Origin: the human T2T-CHM13v2.0 reference genome, Homo sapiens
Strand: one strand, 5' to 3'
NCBI RefSeq assembly: GCF_009914755.1
Contig: NC_060940.1
DNA: 64,000 bases
Part shown: in pieces, positions 13,606 through 26,939 of the stretch
Numbering within the stretch: the first letter of the stretch is position 1
Layout of the letters: each line of letters opens with the position of its first letter
Position numbers and translations under genes: made by a program
Notes under the pieces: generated by a model
Told to the model about the DNA's origin: nothing
Databases searched by the model: none
The model's input: only the letters and a program-made list of their open reading frames with translations

Positions 13606-13710
13606 GACCAGATGTTCTGAAATTCGACCTAGCCCTTTTCTATTCCATAGCGTATTTATGATTTAATAAACATTACTGATTTTAAAGAACACTTTATAAC
13701 ATGTAATTTT

Positions 13711-14157
13711 TGTATTAGTTTCCTAGGGCTGCATGAAAATGTACCACAAACTGGATAGCTTAAGATGACAGAGGTTTATTTTCTCACAGATCTAGAGATG
13801 AAAAGTCCAAGATCAAAATGTTGGCACAGCCGTGTTCCCTTAGGAGCTTTTTGGGGAGAAGGTATTCTCGCCTTTTCCAGCTTCTGGTAGCTCCAGACAT
13901 TACTTGGCTTCTGGTGGCAGAAACCTGATCTCTGCCTCTGTCTTTACATGGCCATTTTCCTTTTGGATCTCTCTTTCCCACATCTGTTAAAGATGGCAGT
14001 TGTTTTGGATTAAAGGTCCATCCTACTACAGTATGACCTCACTTGAACTTAACTAATTAATTCTGCAAGGACTCTTTTTCCAAATAAAATCATTTTGAGG
14101 CACTTGGAGTTAGGACTTCAACATATATTTTAGGGGTACAAAACTTAATCCATAACA
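13711..14157 (-). mobile_element. MLT1C-like MaLR solo LTR
   Basis: tgtattagtttcctagggctgc...taccacaaactgg...ccagcttctggtagctcc...ttaggacttcaacatat...ccataaca. Confidence 0.85.
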
Positions 14158-14419
14158 GCTTCCTTTTGTGAAACGCAAATAGCGTGTGTCTTTCTTCCAG
14201 GCTACAATCTGGTTAGAAACTAAAAATCAAAATAATGTGATACTTTGTGTATCGTTTTCATCTCTATAGCATTGCATTGGGGAAAGGAGATCAACACAGT
14301 AATTATACCACAGTATCATGAGTATAGCAGTACAATTTTAAGCATGGATACTGAGGGAACAGGATAAAAGAATTTGTCAGTGTTTTAAGAGTATGCAGCA
14401 TACCTTTGTGATGCCCTGC

Positions 14420-14888
14420 ACAGCAATGTGTTGGACCACCTGGTTTCATCACAGCCGAGGTGTACAATCCATGTACTGTTGCCCATTGTCCATACGATGC
14501 ATTCACCACAGGGTCTCATCTCTCTGTTTTTTCTTCTTACAGCTGTAGAAGGCTGTTCAGCCATGCCTAGGAGCAAGCCAACAGTAAGGAAGATGAATGC
14601 TTTCCATTACAGCTCTCCAAAAATGGGGAATGTGAGTCAAGGTACAAATGTCTATATGTCTATCTTCTGATGAGGTAACCAGAGCTAACCAGCTCATAAG
14701 TACACCATCCATTGTTTTTGAGTGTGTTTTTGTTTGTTCCCCTCACCTCTGCCTCCCATTTTCTGTTTTACTTTGCCATCTCCTTTATTCCTGTTTACTG
14801 AGATCACCTCCAGAATAAATTTATCTTTACCTAAGAGTCTATCAACATATCTGGGGGTATTTGCTTTAGGGCAACCCAAGTTAAGGCA
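14420..14888 (+). mobile_element. LTR16/LTR33-like ERVL LTR remnant
   Basis: 3' end agatcacctccagaataaa...tgctttagggcaacccaagttaaggca; 5' boundary uncertain. Confidence 0.5.
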
Positions 14889-15069
14889 GAGTATCAAGCA
14901 TATGAGAAAAATAGCATGTGCAAAGACCCTTCCTTGTGAAAGAGAAAGACATTGCAGCAAGGGTAGTACAGAGAGGAGTATTTAGAGATGAGGCATGATT
15001 TAAAAGGTTCATGTGTATTGCAATACTGAAATAAGGATGTTTTCAACCTGTTCTTTATTTAATAGAGAC

Positions 15070-15380
15070 GATATAAGTTTTTATGCAGATGGAGGCATGA
15101 TGTGATCTGTGTTTTAGAGCAATTAGAGGAGACATGAGAGGCAGGGAGACTAGTTGGGATGCTATTGCAAGAGTTCAGTCACGAAACAGTAAGGAAGTCA
15201 ATCAAGGTAATGACAGAGAACCACGACTGAAGTGATAGAGAAAGGTCATACAATGCTATTTCATATTGGATAGAATTTATTGACTGCATAGTTATAAAAG
15301 GTGGAAAGAGAGAGCTGGTAGTGATTCCCTGGTTTTTGCTTGGATAACTAGGTGGTTCTGATTAAGTGAGGGAGGAAATG
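15070..15380 (-). mobile_element. L2 fragment
   Basis: ggcagggagactagttgggatgctattgcaagagttcag; gattccctggtttttgcttggataactagg. Confidence 0.6.
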
Positions 15381-15429
15381 CTCAATGGAATAATATGATT
15401 GTCCAATGTTATTAGAGACTGTTTAGTTC

Positions 15430-15575
15430 TGTGTTTCTTAAACATTAATGTGTAGGTAAATTACCCCCAGGATCTTGTTAAAGTGTGAATTTAGCAGTTG
15501 TAGACTGGGACCTGTACTTCAAACAAACCCCTAGAGATATGGATGCTGTTGGTCTGTAGAGCACACATGTACAAG
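15430..15575. mobile_element. MER5-family fragment
   Basis: gtttcttaaacattaatgtg...ggatcttgttaaa...gatgctgttggtctgtagagcacac. Confidence 0.6.
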
Positions 15576-16425
15576 TTAAAGACCCTGGCTCTGATTTTCA
15601 AATCCAGTATTGGCTTGTGCATTTGCTTAGAACCTCCAGCCCTCTTGATTTTTTTTCCTTCTAGTTTTAACCTGAAAGCATCTTTGGTTTATTTTCCCAT
15701 AGTCCAAGCTTCCAATTACTGCACTAGTCTTTCCAATAATAACTTTTTCAGTGGTGCATATCTCTTTTTTATTTTTGCTGCCAATATTCCAATCATCTTT
15801 GTCCTGGTAGCCCTATCCTAACCCTACCTACCTCTGAAAATTAGTTTATGTTAACTATTGGATTCTCTTTTTTGGCTATGCCAGTTTGGGAACTTTCTAT
15901 CCTTTTCCCAATTTTATGTCCTTGACACTCCTCATGGCTGTGCAACTCATTTCTTAGGTTCACAGTCTCGTTCAATGTTAGTGCATTAGTATAAGCTCCT
16001 TACTATATAGTCTTCCTCATTATGTTACATGTTAACTTTTGCCTTAACTTCTCTGACCTCTCTTTATTCACAGAGAGAATTTAAAACATATATGAAATCT
16101 CCAATTCACAGAATAATTAAAACTTGCCTGTCCAACTTGTTAGAAGACTTTTATGTCATAAAGTCTTTGGTTCATATGCTTAAAAGGATTGGGCCAATCA
16201 TAGGAAGCCTAGAACACTAAATAACTAATGAAAGGTAGCACACTTTTACATTTGTTCGTTCTCTTTTGCTATACTAACTCAACAGGAGTATATATGTGTA
16301 TGTGCAATGAGTTTGGCTTCTCACGAGAAAAAAAATCTGAGCTTTATCCAGTCCCCGCTTACCATAAATACTATCTTTGTGTTGCTTTGCTTAAAATGTT
16401 GTGGGGTTTTATTCAACATCTGGTT

Positions 16426-16625
16426 CAGTGGCTCTCAACTGGGAGCAGTATCCCTTACTCAGGGAATGTTTAAAAAACTGTATGTGCAAAGAGATTGGGT
16501 TGTGACAATGACTGGTGTGGGGGATGTCATTGACATTTAGAGGAGAAATTCAGGGATGTTAAATATCGTGGAATGAGTGTCGTGATCCTGTCCATACTTG
16601 TATTTGTTCCTTGTTGAGAAATACA
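16426..16625. mobile_element. MER20/MER20B hAT-Charlie
   Basis: cagtggctctcaactggg...ggttgtgacaatgactgg...cagggatgttaaa...gttgagaaa. Confidence 0.7.
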
Positions 16626-17007
16626 GATAGAATATTATTGCATGGTATGTAAATTTGTATTATGTGAACTTGAAGAAGAAAAAGCACTATGTCCATAAAT
16701 TATCTATTTAGAAGAATAATGTAAAACAATAAAAATAATTGATCAAACAAAAAAAATTAAACAAAAATTTTCCAAGCAAACAGACATCAGAATGGTATAT
16801 TACGTTACCACTCTTTCCACAGGGCAGTGGCATATTTGTTGGAAAGAGAAATTTTTAGCTATATTTGTTAGGATACAGCTTACATTATGTGAACTATAGA
16901 TTGTGAGATTTCTTAAGATTACATCTCTTACATCTCTTCTGTCCACTTTTTAAAATACATAGTCTGAATTAATAACAAGGACCTGCTCTATCTGATCCGT
17001 AAATCTT

Positions 17008-17410
<403 letters not shown>

Positions 17411-17924
17411 TAAATTGGGTTCCTGGAAGACTGAAATTGTTACCGCTGTGTGATATTTGAACAACTTAATTGGTAATGTTATAGATCTTTAGATGTTGAG
17501 AATTCCTGAGAAGGTAAATATTTGAATAATAATTTCCCAAAAGGAGACTTTAAAAATCTTCTGGTTCTACTACTGCCTGGGGGGTCTAATAGCTTAATAC
17601 AATTTGAGGGTCATTATGGTTACAGTGAGGCTTGAATTACAAGGGGTCTGAAGATAGTCTATGAAGCATTCATTCTGAGATTTAGTGTGGAGATATGTTT
17701 CCAGTATCAGAATGTCAAAAGCAAATCGTAATTCTGCAAGTCAAACCATTTTTCTTCTCTACGTTGACCTAAGGGGTCATGACTTTAATGAGGATGATTG
17801 TAGTAAAAACAGGCAAGTCCATTGCATCTTCTCAATAACCTTTGTATAACTTAGTGTAGAGTTTATGCAGGGTGGAGGCATGAGGAGATACATGCAAAGA
17901 AGGGAGTAGTTTATTATAAGAAAA

Positions 17925-18170
17925 CAAACACTGGATGTGGAGCAAGGTAAACTTAAATTAAAATCCTGGCTCTGCTTCTCCTGAGCGATATGATTTATAC
18001 AAGTTATTTAATATTTCTCAATATATGCTTTCTTAGCTGCAAAACGGGGACACTAATGCTTGATCTGATCCATCACAGGGCTTGTTAGGAATATTTAAAT
18101 CAGGCAGACTGTGTGAAAGCAGCTAAGAGGTCACTTTCTGCATAGTAGGCACTCATTATAATTGTTAATT
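17925..18170 (+). mobile_element. MIR
   Basis: aaatcctggctctgc...caagttatttaa...ctgcaaaacgggg...cacagggcttgtt...catagtaggcactca. Confidence 0.75.
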
Positions 18171-19049
18171 CTGAATAACATGCCACATTTTAAAAAGGGT
18201 TTAGAAAGCCTGAGTTTTATTTTGAATTGAATGTTGTGGCACGTTGGGAATTTCTGTCTGTCTGATTGCTATTAAATTTAGAATCAGGTAATTGCAGTCA
18301 GAGAGCCAAAGGTCTTAGGGGCATACCATATTGTCCTTCTATGGCCTACCAACAATGTTAGTACTCAGTAGTGGCCAATGTATTCCTTACAGTGGTGTTA
18401 AGTCTATCACACTAGATGGATTTCAATGAAATATGGTTCTTGTGAAGAGGTCACAGCAATATCTTATTGTCTTGCGTCAAACAAAGTCACGAGACTAACT
18501 GGAAATACAGGCACTAGGTATTTGATCATGATGTAATGTTTGGAAATATAATCCCTAAGCCTCCCATCCTTCCACCAGTATTTTCAAATAAACAAGATAA
18601 TCAGGATTATTTAAAGTTTGGGGTCTGGTTCTTCTCAGATGACCCTAATAATGGGGCATCCATGGATACTTCTTGGAGTGGTACTTTCTATTATTTTTAC
18701 CTACCAAACTTAAACATTTATTTTTTTTTCTTTCTAATAATCACAAAGAGATGAACCCATTAAGTATAGTCTAAGTAAAGTATTATACTAACCCTGCTTT
18801 TAGGGGGCAAAGCAGGAGGTTTGCAAGCCATATAGTAAGTGAACCACCTAGAGCTTTATCATTTATATTAGGTAAACAAAATAATTATTGTTTTTGAAGC
18901 ATTTCGTTGTTTACAAATCATTTCTTATACTTTATTTTCTATGAGAAAATTGTAATTCCTATTATTTCTATTTTGTAAACCAATAAACTAGGGCTAAGAA
19001 CATTAAAGTGAATATGCCAATATCCTTAATTTCCTCACCCCCCTTCTCC

Positions 19050-19490
19050 TTTCAAGGTCTTAACACATGCTGTTTTCTCTGCCTGGAATTTGCTCCTGTT
19101 CTTTGATGTCCTACCGATGTTCCCTCTTGCATAGTTACCACCTTCTCAGCCTTCAGATTTCTACTTAAATCTCACAGCCTCAGGAAGTCGTCATTTTCTA
19201 CATATCCCTACAATTTTACCTCTGCCATTTTTACACATGCTTATGCTAATTTTCCTTCAAATACACATTCATATAACACTTACCCTTGAAATACACATTC
19301 ATATAATACTTTTCCTTCAAAATATAACTATGCACATCATTACATCATTATTGGAATGTGTGTTCACCTTTCAATCATGAGCTTCATGAGTTCAAGCTTT
19401 CTATATGTTTTATTATCTGCTGTAGCTCAGGACCCAAATTAGTGTGCAGCCCATAATAGATGCTGAAAATGTATTTGCTGCATAAATGAA
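19050..19490 (+). mobile_element. L2 fragment containing a 30-bp tandem duplication (19251-19321)
   Basis: acacatgctgttttctctgcctggaat...ctcaggaagtc; ccttcaaatacacattcatataacact / ccttgaaatacacattcatataatact. Confidence 0.65.
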
Positions 19491-19787
19491 GGGAACTTCA
19501 AACCATATAATCTATGTGGCTTCTTGTTCTGTAAATGAATTAGTTCCCTTAATGGCATTTCCCATTTAGATCCTAAGAGAACTGCGATACCTGGAGTATG
19601 CTAGTGTCCATTCTTCACTTCATCATCATTTAGGAAAGATTATTAATGCATCCTACATTTTAGAAAAAGAATTTCTCAGATATTACCTCCTTTTAAACCT
19701 GTCTAAAATACCAAGAAGAATCCAGGAAACTAACTACTACTCACTTTTTTTTAGAGGAGGAAACTTCAGAATATTTATGTTTAAGGT

Positions 19788-19840
19788 TGTGTGTGTGTGT
19801 GTGTGTGTGTATGTGTGTGTGAGAGAGAGAGAGAGAGAGA
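19788..19840. repeat. (TG)n(GA)n microsatellite
   Basis: Directly visible. Confidence 0.95.
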
Positions 19841-20129
19841 AATTTCCTAAAGCAAGGTAACATGTCTTACAAAAAACATATTCATCTTCTTTATGGGTCA
19901 ACTTGTTCTTTTTATATAAGTCATTAAGATTTAATTAAAATGAGCCTATATTATGTTAAAATAATGTTTTAACATATTTCTATTTGAACATGGTTACAGG
20001 ATTAATTTTTTTCTTCAGGGATCAGGAAAAGCTGGTAAAAGTTCACCAACTGGCTGGGACAGGGTCTACATGTTGTTCCCAAATATTCATTCTCAGCTAC
20101 TTTCTCAGTAAAACAAGATTCCATTGTAA

Positions 20130-20466
20130 GTTATGATACAATGGAATCTAGGTAGCTCTGGAAAGTGCCTTCAAAATAAACATGAGTTTCTTTTCTCTTT
20201 CCACTTCTCATGGTTGGAGCTTAAGCAACCATATTGATCCACAAGACAAGAAGGCATTTAGCATATATTGACAATAGCATGACCATGAGTGAGAAGAAAC
20301 TAAGACTTTTGATATCCATGGGCCCATCTCATCAGTCCTATGGACTCTTCATTTTCTTTTTTAAAATTTATTATCTAGACTTTTTTTTTTTAACACGTGA
20401 AGAAAAAAAGTGTCAATCTTTTTTAAGCCATTTTTTCACTTGCTGCTGAATCTAAGTCTAACGATA
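20130..20466 (+). mobile_element. MLT1J-like MaLR LTR remnant
   Basis: ggagcttaagcaaccatattga...agaagaaactaagacttttga...tttaagcca...cttgctgctgaatctaagtctaac. Confidence 0.5.
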
Positions 20467-20665
20467 GAATAGTCAATATGAAATAAAGACCAGGGCAGCC
20501 CACCATTGCCTTGAATATTCTGTAATTATTAAGACTAGCAACTCCTGGAATTGTTACTGGCTGTTGTTAACTTTTAAAATTCCACTTCCCAAGATACGAG
20601 TTTGATATAGAAATATCAGAAAATGATCACTTATTTTTTTCTAGAATATATGGGGCATGGGAGCT

Positions 20666-21135
20666 TTCAGGGCTCCGAACATGCCACCAAATAAGGCACT
20701 TTAACAACTGAGAAAACTTCAAAAGCAAGAAGATCAGTGCTACCTTCTCCTACCTTACTCCCCTGAAGCATAGTCATAAAGGAATTCTCTTATTTCCCCT
20801 GAAAGTAGATCAGAAGACCCTTATTCCAGAGGGGTTCTTTCCTGTAGCCTGAGGCTAAGAAGAATCTGAAGAAACAGGACTTGCTAAATGCCTCTCATTT
20901 TATCACTATTAAATCATATCCCCATTTTGCTCAGTCACAATTCTACATGACTGGCCACAAAAATACCCAGTTTTCCTTGGGTCTTTGGGTCTCCATTTCT
21001 GAAGTCTCTCATGGCACATAAATCTTCACTTAAATAAATCTATCATGCTTTTCTCTTATAAATCTGTCTTTTGTTATAGGAGTGTGATCCATGAAACTTG
21101 CCATAGGTGAGCAGATACTCCTTTTTTCTTCTATA
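20666..21135 (+). mobile_element. MER93-like ERV1 solo LTR
   Basis: tcagggctccgaac...ctcccctgaagc...ttccagagggg...gggtctttgggtctccatttctgaag...aaataaa...aatctgtcttttgttatagg. Confidence 0.7.
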
Positions 21136-24100
21136 GAGCCCTATCTGGAGGTGAGTCTACAAAAGCAGTTTGGGGTCAGGCCGTGCCTTTTAAGCCATGC
21201 TAAGGAATTTGGAACTCTCCATCATAAATAGACCTGCAATAAGAATTAGAGGTCTGTCTTATATCATGTTGGAGGATTTCAGTGAGGTTGTAAAAATATC
21301 TTTCTGGTTCTGGCATATGCTCTCTTACATCATTCAGCCCAAAGGAAAATGTCTTTATTCTTTCTTGAAATGCAGACATTCTGCAATTGTGCTTGCCTGC
21401 TAAAAGCTGACATGAGAGTTAATTGTTATTTATATTGCTAGCAGTCCAAAAATCAATCTAATCCCACTTCCTCTGCTCCTGAGTGGCTACTGAAAATGTG
21501 ACACACAGGAAAAGTCTAATTTAAGAGAGGCACCTGTCAGAATATCGAGCGTCTTCCCCTAAGGATATCATCAACTCTAGAGAATTTAGTCTCCTGATGT
21601 AATATGTCTAACTTGTCTCATTCGCTGACTATGTTGACATGTAATGCATGGCAGAAGAATAGAAAGGGAAGGAAGTTGCAGAAATTCTTATGACTTATTG
21701 ACAGTATGTTCAGTGCTGTACAAAACCAGGAAGAATGGGATTTTTTTTTCAACAGGCATTGAGAACAGTTAACAATCACAAAAGGAAAGAATATATTTGG
21801 TCCGTTATGTTCTCCTAGCTGATTATTCAAAGATGTGCATCCAGTGTCCTTCCTGCAAAAATGTGTAATCCTTAGAGAACCTCACCTAAAGGGAAAAAGA
21901 CCCTTTAAATAGCAGAAACACACTAGGTTGCTTAGCTGTTGTGATAAAATATCTTTCTTTTCCTCCTTGTCCACATAGCTGAGAGCCAAACATATGTAGC
22001 AACAAACTGAAGTTAGCAGTAAGATGCTATTGATGGTGGAGATCTTCTAAAACATGGAAGGACAAATTATCTCTATCTAGCTATCTACCTGGAATATTCC
22101 TGCAGAGGAGAATGCTTCTCTAGAGATATTTGTGGTTCCTATTGACTGAACTGAACTATCGTTGCAGCTCCATTTTACATACTGGACTTTCCGGTTCCAA
22201 GTCTACTTGTCCCCTTAAATAAGAATTCTGTTTTTCCTGCTTGGTAATTACTTACAAGATACTGGGATAGACAAAGGAAAAGAAAGAAAGCTTTTTAGTT
22301 TCCTTCTGTATCACAGAATCTGTGGTGACTCTTCTAAACTAAATTAACAAGGAATTCTTAGTTCCTCATGTCTAAGACCTTGAATTTGGCCATGAATGCT
22401 GTCTTTCAAATCTGGCTCTTGAATGTAAGTCTTTTAAATTGGTTTATAATCCTGAGCTTTCCCAACATTAGTGAGAGACTCAGTTCTCAATAATTCCAAT
22501 TTCAATTGCTTCAGTTTCTACTTAGCACCATTGCCTTGACTACTCCATTATTCTTAGGACTGGCAACTCCTGGAACAGTTACTGGCTGCTGTTAACTTTT
22601 AAAATTCCACCTGGCCTTCCCAAGATATGGGTCTGCTATTATTGCTAGATCATAGTGCCAGGTGACACTAAGTATGTGGTCTCTTCCCAAGTCGTACACT
22701 ATCATGACAAAATCTAGAGATAACGTTAGTGAATAACAGGTAATAATGGGGGCAATATTGCAACTGAGGATTGAGAGAGTCTAAGAAGTAAAGATATAGA
22801 TAGGGACTTCCCAAAGGCCAGAAATAAGGAAAAATCCGAACATAAGGACTCTAGAAATAGCTTAAGACAAGTTGAGAACAAAACAAAGTAAATAATAGAA
22901 GCTGTTAGATTAGAAAGCAATGCTGTTTGTCAAAAGCCAAGTGAACTATAAAAAGAGATAAACAGAAAGGCATAGGCAGCAATATGACCTTAAAAACAGT
23001 CAAGTTCTGTTTTGCCAGAAAATCACCTATATAGATTCTAGTCAACTAAAGCCAATGGCAGAGCTTGCAAGAGGGGCTAAACTCTAGTTAGGGGGTAATA
23101 AATTCTTTAATAGATTTGCCTAGTATAGTACAGGATTAAAGGTAAAGAAGTCAAATTCTGAAAAAAAAAATTACAGACTTCCCTTTGATGAGACTCTTTA
23201 TTTACAGGAACGACTTCGTACCAGCACTATTCTTCACACAGGAGCATCAAAGATAGTTAAGTAACAGGGCCCGAAATATAGGAGCTAATGACCTAATTGG
23301 GGGAAAGCTCTCATTAGAAATTAGCAGCACATTTTTGTGACCACAATTTAAATTTACTAATATTCCTCAGTAGTTAGTATAGGGGATGGGTTTTTGATAA
23401 CTGAATGGAGAAGAAAGTAATATTAGTGAGAACCAATAAAGATTTGAATTAAGGCATGCCAGATTGGGAGTGTAGGCATGTTTCCCATTTGAGAAGCATT
23501 ATGAGATTCATTTTTTTAGAGGAAGGAAAAAAGAAGGACTGACAACCATGTTTTGGCATCTGGAAATGGCTGAAAGTATTATCTGAAAAGGAGACTAACA
23601 AAGAGGGAGATTTTCCTTTGTGTCGGAATTGGTTGGGGTAGCAGTTCTGGGCAGCTGAAGTTTATAGTGACTCAATTACCTGTCATCTTTATGTAGTTGT
23701 CAGGAAGTTAGACTTGTCAATCATATGTGGTCCATGTGGTTAGTAGATCAATTCAGGCTGAAAGAAAAATCCCTCCATTTTTTTTGCCTTTTTAACATAA
23801 GGAAACTGATTCATCTATTAATGTATTTCTTTCTTAGCCTCATACAGATTGAGCTCAAAGAAATAGCAACCCAAAAAAATCCTACTCCTCTGCAAGCAGA
23901 ATAATCTGATATTAATTTTAAAAAAAATTAGTGCCCAAAGAGAGAGAATAACTTCTTTTATAAATCATTACAAGAGTAGTTTGTGATCACATCTGTATAA
24001 GTGGAATAAAACAAAAAATGGTCACAAGTATCCAGATAAATGTTCTAAAAAAATTGGTTTAATTACCTGGATCATTTAAGAGTTCACTGTTTTAAATATG

Positions 24101-24309
24101 TTTGATTTTCCCCAACCAAGCGTTAGAGTTGCATCAAAAAAAGATTTAGTATCAGAAAAACTGAGTTTCAATCTGGAGTCTTCTATCTAATAACAATTAC
24201 TATTCAATCAATTCCACACTCTATATTATTCAATTCCAATAGACCTAAATTACTTATCTAGAAAATTTTAAACATATATATTAGCACAGAACACACAGGG
24301 CCATAGTGT

Positions 24310-24490
24310 ACCTTGTATCTTAAGCACTATTCTAAACATTTCAAACATACACAATTATGACTTCAACCTGTTGAGGTAGCAACTCCTACTATTCCCATCT
24401 TAAAGATGAGAAAATTAAGGCATAAACACTAGACAAAGTTATAAAGTTAGTAAGTGGTAAGTTTGGAAAACTAACTCCACAGAGTAGTTG
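24310..24490 (-). mobile_element. MIR
   Basis: agcactattctaaac...attcccatcttaaagatgagaaaattaagg...agttagtaagtgg. Confidence 0.65.
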
Positions 24491-26895
24491 CCAGCAGAAT
24501 TGCAAAATCCTTTTATTTTGTGGGAGAGTGTATACTTCTTGAAGGCAGGGATACATTATATTTTGGTTACTTCTTTGTACCACTCCAGATTCTTGTACAA
24601 TATGTTTTTTACAGATTAAGTGGAGCTAATGATTACTGGAAGAATAAATGAAGATCAGATTTCCAAAATATTAGATTAGTCTATTACCAGTCCTTCTCTT
24701 GTTTAATTGTTTGCTTATTTTCTGAATATAAAATAATGAGAGACTATTTTGGGCTATACAAATAATAAAGACAATCCAATTTAAAGAGAAAACAATAATG
24801 ATGCCCCCTATTTAGTCTCATCTATAACAGTTACTCAGAGAAACTTCCAAATTTCAGTGGCTTAACACAAGCCAAGATGATTTCTAACTCAAAGTCAAAG
24901 TGGGTGTTGCTGATTAGTGAAGTCACATCTACTATATTGGTGATAACTGGTCTCATGTCCCTGCCTAGATTCAAGATGAAAGAGGAGCACAGATCTTTGT
25001 TGGACAGCTGTACATCTGCACAGTTTCTTAAGACTGGGATCTTACTGCATATTTTATTAGTGTTGTATCATCAGCAGAGACTTACTCTTCTGAAGATATG
25101 TCTACATGAACCATAGCACCCATGTACTTTTTAGTACAGAGCAGCAAACATTTTTTTAAAGTACCTATGGTGTGCTTAGTACTATACTCAGCACTGTGAG
25201 GCATATGTAATACACAGGATATGGACTCTTAATGAATACTATTACAATGTCATCAATGAGTGAAATAGTAAATAGTTAGACTAAGATGAATGCAATCAAT
25301 TCCACACTCTATAATCAGCGCAAAATTCTCCAAGCAAGTTACTAAGGAAGGCATCTGGCAGAACTTGAAACATGAATAGACCATAGGTAGGCTATAGAAA
25401 GGGGAAAGAAATTTCAACATATAGAGGATAGAGAAAAATTATGCATCATAGTTTAGCTCTTTCAAAAATCACCACTGTTAATCATAAGCCAAATATTTTA
25501 TGAGATTTTCACAGGTAACACTTTTTATAAATGACAGAAGGCTTTTAGCCAACTGGTGATAAAACTGAATTAATTAAAATTTACAAGATCTCTCAGTGTT
25601 CCAAACACCGTACTTTACTCTTCTGCTTTGAAAAAGATTGGTATGATTGGCACAATTTCATCATTTTATCCCATGAGTATAGAGAAATGCCTTTCTAAGA
25701 ATGTTTTTCTGCAGCACAGTATTTATTTCAGCTGTTTTTTTTTTATTTTTTGTATCCATTTAGTTTAACATTTGGAACGAACTTGATGTTATCAAAGAAA
25801 ACTGTAGCACAAATCACAACTGTTGACTCGTATAATTTTAAGCTTTAGCAGACTAAGATGGATGACTTCATCATTGAATAAATCATTACTAATCATAATT
25901 TGTGTTTGTACTTGGACTGTGCAGTTGAGACTGGCGGCACTACAGCCTGCCCAGAACTAATTGCTATAAATGTGCCAGATGTTGTAAAAATCTGGACACA
26001 TTTGTGATAAAGCCGAATGGTGCAAATTTGGTATGAAGATAGAAGTGCATGATTTAAGGGTGTAATCTATATTTCTGACATTACAGGTCAAAGATATATA
26101 GTAAGTATAGAGAGCCCTTATTAATATTGTAAAAGGTTATTTCCCTTTGCGCTAAAAGTCATTTTTTTCCTTTTATGTCTTGATCCTAATAGATCTTGTC
26201 TTGGCTGTAAATTTCTATGCTCCCGCAAAGGACATTGGTCTGTAGAAAAACAAGAAACTGAAGTTTAATTTAGAACACTGTTTTTCTTATTTTGGACATT
26301 AACAGAGACACCTGCCTTGTTACACACAAAAGTGCATAAAATAGAATGTCTCTGTTTGTTAAAAGTCCTAAGATTATTAAGACAGACATAATATGTTAGC
26401 AGGAAAAAAAATGCTTTGGAACTTTCTGATTTACTTAGAATTAAGCTTCCTATCCCCACATTAAATAATAAGCAAACATTACTTAGAGGTTATGGGTATC
26501 AGTATTTCCACTTTCTATGCATTGTTATGGTAATAAAGCCTTTTAGTCAAGGAAAATATGAAGCCATAAAACTTAATGCTCTATTTGAGGAACAATTACA
26601 GCAAATTATAAGCAACCGGGTTGTACAAAACTGCGACAAATAAAAATTTAAAGTATAATAATATGCTATAAGCGTTTATATAACTGATACTATCCATTTG
26701 TTTTAAGTGTCAGTCTTTCTAAAGATAATTACCAAAAAAATCTAGATTCCCAAAATAATTGTCATGTTGATTACTTAGAAGGATAGGCTTCAAATAAATT
26801 TGCGATGAAGGATTTTTAATAGAATTCTGGTATAAAATATATTTTCTACTCAATTTCAGTTAATGCAATAGAGAATCTGTTGCATGCTTCAAAGT

Positions 26896-26898
<3 letters not shown>

Positions 26899-26937
<39 letters not shown>
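26899..26937. repeat. (TG)n microsatellite
   Basis: Pure TG run of ~19 units. Confidence 0.95.

Positions 26938-26939
<2 letters not shown>

Noticed and set aside
25935-25960. Similarity of gcactacagcc...cccagaact to antisense 7SL RNA
   Set aside because: Only ~18 nt with a gap; no further 7SL/Alu context, so probably chance
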